Shown: positions 42,804-53,300 of the stretch, in pieces
Layout: each line of letters begins with the position of its first letter
Position numbering within the stretch: the stretch's first letter is position 1
From: Podarcis tiliguerta
Lineage: Eukaryota
NCBI GenBank assembly: GCA_965153285.1
Contig: OZ229122.1
Strand: one strand, 5' to 3'
Length of the DNA: 64,000 bases
The notes under the pieces: model-generated
The model's database searches: none
The model's input: only the letters and a program-made list of their open reading frames with translations
Told to the model about the DNA's origin: nothing
Made by a program: the position numbers and the translations under genes

Positions 42804-43145
42804 TTTCTGGGTGAACCTGATAGGATTACACAGAAAGTCCCAGAGTTCAGTAAGACGTAGTCCCAGGTAAGTGTGCATAGGATTGCAACCAGTGTACTTT
42901 CTAAAAGGCTAGAAAATTTGTCCGTGAACTTCCATTTTCATTAGGCAGGTATACCATGTCATTTTGTTAATGTTTTAGAGATAGAGTGGTAGTTATATAA
43001 ATCCCTTTTAAGAAAAACTGTTCACTCTTCTGTTTTACACCATCATTGGTTCAAGTCCCACTCTATGCTTTTGGAAAACAATTACCTTTAAAAAAATCCC
43101 ATCTCTTAGAAAATATAGCAGCAGGCCACTCAAAATCATAGCCTT

Positions 43146-43151
43146 TTTATT
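43146..43151 (-). terminator. AATAAA poly(A) signal downstream of the Harbinger-derived ORF
   Basis: tttatt on the plus strand, 126 nt after the TAA at 43277. Confidence 0.55.
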
Positions 43152-43276
43152 TGACATGTAGAAAACTACCACACAGCAGGCGTCAGCAATACAGGGTCTG
43201 CATACTACAACCAGGTCATACACACCCATGAAATTACATGGACAAATGCGCCTGCTTTGTTTCCCCCCACCCCACT

Positions 43277-44632
43277 TTACACAGGGTTCTTTTCAAAATA
43301 GGAGCAATAAGCAGCCCTGATCTGGCAAGCTCTCTTGGTCAGTCCAGCCTCTGACAAGGGCACCCTTGGCCTGGCTGAAGCATTCTGGCTGTCAGCCACT
43401 GCAGGGCTTTCCAACGGCTCCAGCAACTCATCCCCTTTGATCTCGCAGATATTGTGCAGGATACAGCAGGTGGCTATGACCACAGGAATGAGCTTCTCCC
43501 TCACATCCAGCCTCATCTGCAGGCACCTCCAGCGAGCTCTCAGGACCCCAAAAGCTCTCTCCACGCACACGCGGCACTTGGCGAGCATCTCGTTGAATTT
43601 CTCCTGGGCCCCGGTTTTTGGCGCTGGGTACGGCTTCATGAGCCAGGGGCGAAGCGGATAGGCGGGATCCCCTATTATGATAGGGGTCATCGAAACGCCT
43701 TCCAGCACCGTTGGCGCCTGTGGCCCAAAAGTGCCTTCGTCCATACTGTTGAAGAACGGAGAGTTGTGCAAGATGCGGGAGTCGTGGGACCTCTCCGGGA
43801 AGCCGACGTAGATATCGGTGAAGCGGGATTTGCTGTCCACCAGGGCCTGCAGCACCATAGAATAGAAACCCTTGCAATTAATGTAGGAGTCGGCAGAGAA
43901 GGGGGGGCAGAGGATGGAGATGTGGATTGCGTCGATTGCACCGAGGCAATTGGGGAAACCTATCTCCTTGAAGCCCTCAATGATCTCCTGCGGGTCTCCC
44001 AGCTTAATGATTTGGGCCAGCAGCCTGCTGTTTATTTCCTCGCACACTTCTTCAAATATCGAGCAGGCTGACGAAATCCCCACCCCGAAGAGCTCCGACA
44101 CGGTCTTGTAGCTGTCGTGGTGGGCCAGCTTCCAGATAGTCATGGCGACTCTTTTCTCCACCGGGATGTGAGACCGCATGCCCGTGTCCCGGCGCTGCAG
44201 GGCAGGGCGCAGCTCCTCGGCGATGTACATCAGCGTGGACCGCGACATCCTGAACAAGGAAATCCAGCACTTGTCGTCCTGCTCGGAGTTGATCATCCGC
44301 TCCCACCATTCGCTGCACCTCGGAAGCATCCAGTGGGAGCGCTCAGACAAGGCCATCAGCTCGTGCTCGTAGTGCAGCGCGGGGGAAGACGAGTACACCA
44401 TGGTGACCACGGAGACGATGGCGTTCCGGTGAAGCCGCAGCAGGGCTCTCTTGCGGCGGACGCTGGCCGAGAGGATGCGCCTCAGCACCGCGGCCGACCT
44501 GCGGAAGCGCCTCCTCTGCAGAATCCTCGCTATGGCGAAAATCACCGTGCGCCTGTTGAGCATCCATTGCTGCACCAGCAACTGGGAGGTTTGGACGCAG
44601 GCAGCAACCAGAGCCAGGCACTCCTGCTCCAT
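43277..44632 (-). CDS. PIF/Harbinger transposase-derived nuclease (HARBI1/ALP1-like, DDE_Tnp_4 type), 451 aa, single exon, nested in TMEM219 intron 1
   Basis: Uninterrupted ORF with Harbinger motifs FRMSR, VEKRVAMTIWKLA, FGVG (HTH), GFPNCLGAIDAIH (D234), SMVLQALVD, SHD (D284), IIGDPAYPL (D322), WLMKPY, RVCVERAFGVLRARWRCL (E358) and CCILHNIC. CpG- and GC3-rich. No flanking TIRs or Myb/SANT ORF seen. Confidence 0.92.
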   Translation of the reverse strand: MEQECLALVAACVQTSQLLVQQWMLNRRTVIFAIARILQRRRFRRSAAVLRRILSASVRRKRALLRLHRNAIVSVVTMVYSSSPALHYEHELMALSERSHWMLPRCSEWWERMINSEQDDKCWISLFRMSRSTLMYIAEELRPALQRRDTGMRSHIPVEKRVAMTIWKLAHHDSYKTVSELFGVGISSACSIFEEVCEEINSRLLAQIIKLGDPQEIIEGFKEIGFPNCLGAIDAIHISILCPPFSADSYINCKGFYSMVLQALVDSKSRFTDIYVGFPERSHDSRILHNSPFFNSMDEGTFGPQAPTVLEGVSMTPIIIGDPAYPLRPWLMKPYPAPKTGAQEKFNEMLAKCRVCVERAFGVLRARWRCLQMRLDVREKLIPVVIATCCILHNICEIKGDELLEPLESPAVADSQNASARPRVPLSEAGLTKRACQIRAAYCSYFEKNPV

Positions 44633-46332
44633 TGATCCGGCCGCTCTGGAAGAAGCTTGCAGAAGGCTCGGGAGGAAGTGGCGCGAAGGCGCTACGAGAA
44701 AAACCTTCCCCTTGCTACACCCTTAGCCAAGGCAGGGATGATGTCGCTGGGCAGGGACGAGACATCACCAGTCCTTGTGCTTCAGCCGGAAAGGTGCTGT
44801 TGAGCTGAAGGGCAATATATTGTAACAGAATCATATTTGTATTTCAACCGTGAAGGCCTTTTCTAAACAGCAAAATAGATTGAGCGTAAGAAATTTATTC
44901 CACCATACTTGGGAAAGGTCCAATCTCTGCCCATTCTACATTCCAAAATTCATAAAGGTTTCAGAGTTGCCTATGGCTCTGTTCTGTCTTCCCCATCCCA
45001 GCTTCCCTCCAGTGCCCATAAATAGTCTTCCAGCTAACCACCCCTCAATGACATTGCTATATTACTCCCATAGTGTTCGTCTTACATCAACCCACACCCA
45101 CCTCCAGTAACTGCCTACTCTCTGAAGCTAGGACTTTATCTCAAAACTGGTCAACCACCTGATATCTGATTTGTAACTTAATTGGCTTCAGAGGTTCAGC
45201 ATCCCTGCTTGTTTCAGGTGTGCTAAGCCCAACAGGAGTTACTCAGCAGTGATGGGAAAGCGCTCTATACACGCTCAGAGGCAATTAGGCTGAGTCTTGA
45301 AAATCAGGTTCTGAGGTAAATCCTGTGAGATTTAAAATCTTACCACTTTTCCAGAGTTCCACCTCTGCTCAAGTTAGTGAGACAGCTGTATTTTATTTCC
45401 CCCCAAATATTCCATTTGAACCATGACTACAGCGAAATGAGCAGTTTTAAATCCTCTTTTCTGTGAAATGAGCAGAATGCTAATGTGTTCTCAATGGTTA
45501 AAGCTCACGGAATCAGAGCAGTTCTGTTGGCCTACTGACCCAAATAATTCAGTTCAGTTGCTCTTCCACCATCCTTAGCAAAACGCCCAGAAGTCATTTA
45601 ATGCCCAGCTTTGACTTACTACAAAAACAATGAAGAACACTGGGAACTGATCTACATTGTTCTCTGCTACAATAACTCCCCCCCACACCCTCCTTCCACA
45701 GGAAATATTGATTTTTCTCATGCAACACAGTTTTCTGTGTGTCCTCAGTACATTAGGGCTGCAACCCTGTGCATCTTTGCTTGGAAGCAAATCGCACTGA
45801 ACTCAGTGGTACTTACTTTTAAATAATAACATGGTTAGGGCTGGATGTAAACCACATAGCTAGAGAGCTTTGGGACCCCATTACTGATAGAGGTACCAGC
45901 TTCAATGGCAGCCTGGGTTCCTATGTACAAGCCACTGTATCTTCTAAATACTTATTTGAAAGGCAGAAGAGCCCTTCATTTAATCTGATCATCATCCCAT
46001 ACTCAGTTGCCAAAGACAATGAAGAGAAGAAAGAACAGTGACTGGGCATAGGGAAGAGGGGAAGGGTGGCCAAGATAGTGGCATGGAAAGACAGATAGTC
46101 TGGAGACAGAAAGTGGTTTGGTTTAAACTCTAACAAAGGATCTACTGGGAAACTCCTTAGCCATCCCATCCGTCCCTATTTTCTAGGTGTGGCCCTGCCT
46201 TTGGGAATTTGTTACCAAAATCACGTTAGCAATCACATACTAGAGCTCTCATTCTCCAGTATTCATCTCTCACACACAAACACACACAGTTAAATCTATA
46301 GGTGTGTTTCATCTCAAGTGCACCTACGTGTG

Positions 46333-46468
46333 CAGGCATCCCCAAACTTGGCCCTCCAGATGTTTTGGGACTACAATCCCCACTATCCCTGACCACTGCT
46401 CCTGTTAGCTAGGGATGATGGGAGTTGTAGTCCCGAAACAGCTGGCGGGCCGAGTTTGGGGGTGCCTG
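46333..46468. mobile_element. Palindromic hAT MITE of about 135 bp (ggactacaactccc family)
   Basis: TIRs CAGGCATCCCCAAACT / AGTTTGGGGGTGCCTG; TSD TACGTGTG / CACATGTG. Related older copies at about 4335-4450, 14464-14590, 22054-22190, 53553-53650, 54940-55070 and 58730-58870. Confidence 0.85.
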
Positions 46469-48288
46469 CACATGTGGATGCACGGAGACTAATGTGCAAT
46501 GGGAGCACACAGCCTGCTAACATTACAAACTGTAGAGACATCTTTTGTCCTGTTAATAACAGTACCTCATATTCCTAGACTGCTTTCAAGTGCTCACAGT
46601 AGTTCACATGCATCATCCAGTTGTAAGCCTGTAAATCAGTATTATCCCCAATATGGCAACAGGGGTGAGGTTGAGGGAGAATTGCTTCCCCAAGGCACCT
46701 TGTGAGCTCAGGGCAGAGGTAAGATCCAAACCAGTCCTGACTTCTGACTCATAGCTCAGTCTCTCAGGCACTACGCTACACCAGCTTTCTCTTAATAAAT
46801 TACTGAGGGGACAATTGTGATTTAAAAAACAACAACTCTGGGTGGAATTCTGGCTAGTGCTAAGGAGATTGTTCCATCAAGCAAGCAGCAGACAGAACAA
46901 TTTCTGTTCTGGGGGTTCTCATGACCCTTCAGAGCAGATTTGGGAGAGGTGTAAGGTGGGTGAAGCCCCATTAGGCTAGTAGGAGTCTTTGTGCTGGCGT
47001 CTGCTAATGAAATAGGATCACTGAATCCTGCCCTATCTTTACGAAAACTGCCTACTCAGCTATTGAGTCTGGGGAGGGAAGGCCAAAAGGCAGCATGCCA
47101 TGTGCAAACCGGAGCCCCTTTGCCAGATGAGAACTAGTCTGCACGGCTTACTGTTATTTCATGGCTCAGTGGTAGCATTCAAAACAGGTTCCCGGCAGGT
47201 TAAGCTCCCAGCTCAAAATAAGCTTTTGGGTTAGAGAGAAATATGAGTAAGCACATGTGAAGATGATTAGTGTGGTACAGCAGTGTGTTATTCGTTTAAT
47301 ACACAATATCCCACCTTTCTTCCAAGGAGCTCAAAGAGGCATACATAGCTGTCCCTGCATTTTATCTTCACAACAACCCTGTGGGTGAGGTAAGGCTGAA
47401 AGATAGTGACTGACCACCCTGTGAGCTTCAGAGTTGAATGGGGATTTGGATCTTGGGTCTCCCTGGTCCTAGTCTGGCACATCACCCGCAGCACCACAGG
47501 AATTGGGTTAGGAGATCCAAGGACAAACTTTCTTAATTGCAAAAGTCCATCAAGCATGGTGATGTGGCTGACTGACTTCCATAGTGACAAGAAGAGCACT
47601 GAAAACCAGGACTGCTTGCTAAGAAGTGCTTTAGGAATAATTAATGAGAATGGAGAAATGCAGTATTTCACACGGAAGGTAGACATAGAACTTCTTTTTC
47701 AGCTGTGCACTGAGAGAAAAAAATGCATTCACTTGTAAATAGTCTAGGCTCCAGAAATATGGGAGTGTATTAATCTCTCTCAACGTATGCACACAAGGTT
47801 GCAATTCTATGTATGCTTACTAAGAAATAAGCTCCACTGTGGCACTGACTCACTTCTGGGCATATATATGCAAAGGATTGCGGCGTGTATAGGATACCAA
47901 TTGAGACTTTCCCTGACTGAGAGGTGCCATCGTTCAGAGGCAAAGTCAATACTTTGCATTCAGAAAATGCAAGTTCAGCCTCTGGCCATGCAGCTAGAAG
48001 CGTTCAGCTTGAGAAAGACCCTGGAGAGCAGCTGCCAGACAGAGTAAACAATACAAGATGAACCAATGGGCTGACGGTGTGAGGCAGCAAACGAGGGGGG
48101 AAAAAACCCTATTTTATCCCCCAAGGGGCTACATTCTTCGAAACCTAAATCCTTGCGTATTTTGTTCCAAAAGCCAACCTAATAGCTGAACAAAAGGATT
48201 TAGATGAGAATAACCAGATGGAGAACAGACCCAGGGGGAAGAAATGCAAGAATGGCACACAGTTAAGAAAGGTGCAACCTTATCTTAC

Positions 48289-48620
48289 CTCCGTCCTGTT
48301 CTCCACTGCCATCCAGGCTGGCGCTCAGGCGACTTCCCCTTTTACTCGAGGATTCTGTCCCTTTAAGAGGCAGCTGCGCACACCCATTTCCTAACTCCTG
48401 CAAAGGAATCCTATCAGGTATTACTCTCGCGCGCAGGCGCAGGCGAGACTCCTCCGCGCCACTCTCCATCCGCGGGCGAATGGGCGCTTTGGAATGACGC
48501 GCAGGCGCGCACGCGTCCCGCGCTGCCCTCCCGCCATAGAAACAGTGCCGCTCCCTACACTGTAAATCACGTCATCGACTTAGGCCTCGGAAGGGAGGAG
48601 GCCGCGCGCCTTCCCGTATA
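48289..48620 (-). promoter_or_regulatory. CpG-island promoter and first exon for TMEM219, probably also for the nested Harbinger-derived gene
   Basis: CpG-rich 48420-48620 with NRF1-like GCGCAGGCGC repeats and TCACGTCA. Strong donor GAG|GTAAGA at 48289/48288. It is the only promoter-like CpG island between the NUFIP2-like 3' end and TMEM219 exon 2. Confidence 0.72.
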
Positions 48621-50017
48621 ACGGCTGCTTGGGACCATAGAGGAGAGTCTTCCGAAGAGTATAGAGCTACCACAACTACTGGAAGCTTTGAGAGCCATTT
48701 TGGTCAAGGGCAAATAGTACTTATTTATAGATCATTAATATATTGTATCGTCAAAAACGGTTTTAGCTACATTTAGGTCGACTCTTATGAAATATTCACC
48801 TTTTAAAAGAGGCAAACCAACAAAGAACGCATTTTCTCCTCCCTCTCCCCCAGTGCAGGTCAGGAACAGTAAGTTATATGGCTCATTTTTTGTTACTTGT
48901 CTACTTGTGTTTTTAAGCGCAGAAAAGAGTAACTGCAAAGCAACCCAGGCTCAGGTTTGTATAAAAGGAGGCTCAGGTTCAAATAAGCAAGCAATTCAGA
49001 CCGTGCGATGTTTACTTGGACCTATCCCACTGATTTTAATACCATTTCGGGGGGAGATTGGGCTCATAGCTTTCTGTATTTTTCTACAAAGCAGCTGGGC
49101 TAAGAAAATGTTTTGCCCCGTGAAGGCTATCAACACTGCACTCTTACCCAACAGGACACAGATGGCTCCTTCCTTTTGCTTTCATGATAAATTGTGGTGG
49201 GGATTTATTTCACACACTTCCTCATTACCACTGCAACTAAGCATCTTTACTGAGAAGCCCCATTGTGCTCTGTAGGCTTTCCTCTTCAGTAAATTGGCCG
49301 CATCAGTTCACTGGCTTTTAAGATGGCAATCTTATTTTTTAAAGTGAGGAGCTTTTTTACAGTGGCAACCAGCTTAGAAGCTCAGCACATGAGAATAGAA
49401 ATAAAGAGTATTGAACCATTAATTAGCATTTAGGTAAACTAGCACTGTACATCTAAAAGATACCTAGAAGTAAAGTTATGCTTAGCGTAATCTCATCACT
49501 ATGCTGGCAGAAGACGCACTCAGCAAATATTTTATTTCTATTAAATCAAGTTGAGCAAGTCACATAATTTCAGTAGAAATCACCCCTGCCTTCTTTAAGA
49601 CATCTTCTGAAAACTGTTTATAGACAGGCCTTCACATTTCTTTGTGGTAACTAGTATTTACTGATGTTTTTAATGATGCCTTTGGTTTTATCTTGTATGT
49701 TGCATACCACCTTGTCAATACTTATGAGAATGCAGCTTATAAATTCTTCAGTGGATAAACAAATAAAACTATTTCTTAGCCATATATTAATAGTTCCTTG
49801 TGGTAAACTTCCCAAAGCTTCTCCTTTGTGCTTTCAAAAATCATGTTTTTCACGTTTTTCCATCTCTATCCCTTAAAATAATTTCCCTCCCAAACCATTT
49901 TCAGTGCCTTGAGCCACATCACTACCTACCCCATGCTGGTAACACACCTGTGTAGCGATGAATAATGAGACACTGACAAGGCAAGAGAAGTGAATTTAAA
50001 TAAATTCTTTTTTTGCC

Positions 50018-50023
50018 TTTATT
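50018..50023 (-). terminator. AATAAA poly(A) signal of the NUFIP2-like gene
   Basis: tttatt on the plus strand, about 290 nt after the stop codon. Confidence 0.5.
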
Positions 50024-50314
50024 TTCAGGGGAATCCAGAGAAATTAAAAACCATGTGAAGAAATTAAAAACCAGAGCATTAAATCAGAGAGAAATAGAGA
50101 GAGAGCAAGAGAGAAAAAGAGAGGTGAGGCGTTAGCCCCACTGAGACAATTTGAGCTATAACAGCAAAGGGAGGGAGGTAGGCAGGTGGCAGAGCTTCCC
50201 CTTTCAAGATGCTTGGGCTTCTCCAGTCTTCAAGGGGGGTGGGGTGGGCATCTTGCCTCTCCCCATGTGCCCCCCCTCATGTCTTAGCGGTGCTTCCCCT
50301 GGGAATTATTGAAG

Positions 50315-53300
50315 TTAACCCTTCCCATCAAAGGTGTCTGTGTAGACCGTCACTCTGCTAGGATCTAGATGGAAAAAGAAAAAGTGATGGCAACAGGAAC
50401 AATGCCTTGAAGGGAGATGTGCCATAGATAATGTGTATACACACACACACACACAAACCCCTGCCCGAAGCCCCCCTCTTCCCCCCTGCTATCCTCAATG
50501 GCTAGCCACAGAACAGATCCTTCATTAATCTGCTCCCACATATGCAGCTCTTTTGTGATTTGGTTTAATTGTTTAAGGCAGCTCCACATCCAACTTCAGA
50601 TAGTTGTGGATTTCAGCAGCTGTACTTCTCTTTCCTATCTCCCATCACACAACTTCATAAGGCCCAGTTTATTCACCTCCCCATACTGCACAGAACCAAT
50701 CACCCCAGTTTTTCAGATAGCATCTACCTGCTCCTGCCTGCTACTACATGAATAGAAAACCTGCCTGGCTGCCTGGCTCATGGGCCTAGGCTGGCAGGGG
50801 CACTTGTCTTCAGTGTCACTGTCTCAAGCTCTCCAGGCAATGGTGTGGGGTCAGAAACATTTTCAAAGTGTAATTTGAAACTTGTGTTAGATGATCAAAA
50901 GCCAGCACCTCCTACCAGTTAGGTCTTCAAAGTTATGGAGCACACACATCTAGGACACAACATTAAAAAGCAAACCACGAAAAGACACAGTATTAAAATG
51001 TAGAATCAGTGCCCTCAGCTTCTAAAAGAAATCCTTACAAAAGGCTGGATTTTTTCAAAATACGAGTGGTCAGATTAAATTTGTGGATTTTTGTTTGTTT
51101 TTTGCATGTGTGGTACAGTAGAGAGTGAGACGCAACTGAATATATGGCAAGGATTGGAAAGTATGAATTACACACCCACAATTCTTAGAGTCACATCCCT
51201 ATCCTAGGACTCTGCTCCCCTCCACTTCACATTGTTGTACATTACTGCAAATCTTAATACCCCCTTTAACAGGAAGCTATCCAGCCCACTGTTGAGCCCC
51301 AAAGGTCATATTTATGAAGCCACTGATTTAGGCCCAGGTACCTCCATTTGCTTACCTTGACTGTGTAGCTCCCATATATGTCTCCACTCTGTATTAGAAG
51401 GGGGGAAAAGGGAAAAGGGAAATTAGAAGAAGCCAAGCACTGTTTGTAAATAAGCCCCAGTGCCCTAAGACCCTCCAACACAGCTGAAGCTGCTCACTTC
51501 TCAAGACATTGCCCTGAAAGTTCAGCCACACTGAGAAAAGTTGGGGTCTCAGTGCACTGAAGGTCCTATGCCCATCCAAACCTTTCCCCAAGCTACATAA
51601 AACGGGATGTGGGAATCTGTGCTCTCTGGAGCAATGCTGAAAGTTATGAGGGAGCTAAATGATATCCATCTATAACTACCTCTTTAGCCCAACCAGGGCT
51701 TCTCTTTAGCTTTCTAAAAACAATAGCTGACAAAGTAATCATAAAAAGTAGGGATAGGCTGTTTGATCATCTTCTACCCAAAGAAATTCATGCCCTAATC
51801 TGTGGAGCAAATGGAAACTATAGTAGAATTCAACCTCAGAGCAGTGAAAAGATTGTCCTTTATTTCTTCTGACAGCCAGTACTACCCAACACCTCTCCAC
51901 TTTCATGAACTGCAAACGTTCTTTGTGCTGTGTGACTGCCCCTTCACTCACCATCTTCACAAAGATCCCTAGCTTTCCAAATGAAGCATTTCCTTGTGTC
52001 CTCCATCCCTTCTCTCTTGACTATGTTCAGCTACCTATGGGACAGCTCCCAAGCCTCAACACACATGCATTGGTTCTCCTCCCTTTCCCTCATGCCCAAT
52101 GACTGGGCTCCTTCCAGCGCCTTACCGTCCAGATGGTAATTTTTTGCAGCCTGCCAGTCGCTAACTTCCATTTTCTCCCAGGATGCTCCAGCATCTGCAT
52201 CTCGTTCATCCACGTCTGGTGCCGTCCCGCCACCCCCTCCATGCCCAGCCCCCGGCTCGTTGATAAAGGAGAGGCCCCACTCATTCTGAAAGATGGCTCC
52301 CAGGTGCTGTCGCCGACTGCTGTCAGACGGCGGGGGGCTACTTGGGGGTGGCGCCAAGACACAGTTGGGGAGGCTATTGGTGGTGCGGACGGCTGAGGCA
52401 GGAACATGGCAGGCTTTCCCCGGTTGATCCAGGTTCTCTTTCAGCTTGCTGGCATAAGAGATCTTGGGGATGATCCGGGCACTGCTGCTATCGACAGGGA
52501 AAGCGGGAAGTGGCCGGAAGAGCGACCATGTTTCCTTCCCGGAATCCTCGTTGGCTGTGTTGGCGGCATTCGATGTGGCGGCAGGCTTCTCACTGGCTTT
52601 GACGGTGCTGCCTCGTTCGGATTCGGGAGACGACGACGGTGAGGGTGGGTCGGAATAGCCGCGGCGCCGGTGCTGCCACCGCCCGTTGGAGATGCTCTCA
52701 GGAGCACAGTGATGGCCGTTTGTGCTAGGTCCCCATTCCTTGCGGTCTGAGGGGCTGCCTCGGTAGGTCTTGCGGTATGCTGTAGCATGGAAGGGGCGGG
52801 CATGGTAAAAGCGATGAGGGTAGCGGTGGGGATGGTGGGCAACAGGAGGGTCCCGCTCAGACAACTGGAGATTGCGGATGTTGAGGCTGTTGGAAGGGCT
52901 CAGGGGAACACTGGGTTCGTCAGCTATCTCAGAGGGAGCAGTATACCCGTTGGACTCCCAGGCACCTGAAGAGGAAGAAGAGAAAGGGTGAAGACCGTGC
53001 CTGTCTCACGTCCCTTTGTCACCTCACACACCTAGAATGTAAGCACCTCAGAGCAGCAACCCCATTTTTTATTTTGGCAGGTGGGGAGCTTATGTTAACT
53101 CTTGTCAAGTGCACTATCAACAAAAATGGTGCCTCAGCGCAGTTCATTCCGACCCTCCCAAAATACCAAAGACTGCTCAGTTAGTGTTTGGAGTTTTGGT
53201 AAGAAAGTTGGGGGATTAAAAGGTGCTTAAATATGACACCTAAATATTTGAACATATTTCTGGCTTTCATTTCTCTGGAATGCAGACACATTCACCTCTC

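Noticed and set aside
43277-44632. Calling the Harbinger ORF HARBI1
   Set aside because: Length, single-exon structure, motif sequence and neighbourhood differ from HARBI1 as I recall it (about 349 aa, beside ATG13), so the symbol is withheld.
43335-44726. Several long plus-strand and alternate-frame ORFs over the Harbinger gene
   Set aside because: Expected antisense shadow of a GC3-rich coding sequence; no recognisable domains. The same applies to plus-strand ORFs over TAOK2 and KCTD13 exons.
38000-48200. Search for a Myb/SANT partner ORF or TIR pair around the transposase
   Set aside because: None found by eye. The ggccttttctaaacag at about 44855 resembles a Harbinger end but points away from the ORF and has no visible partner.
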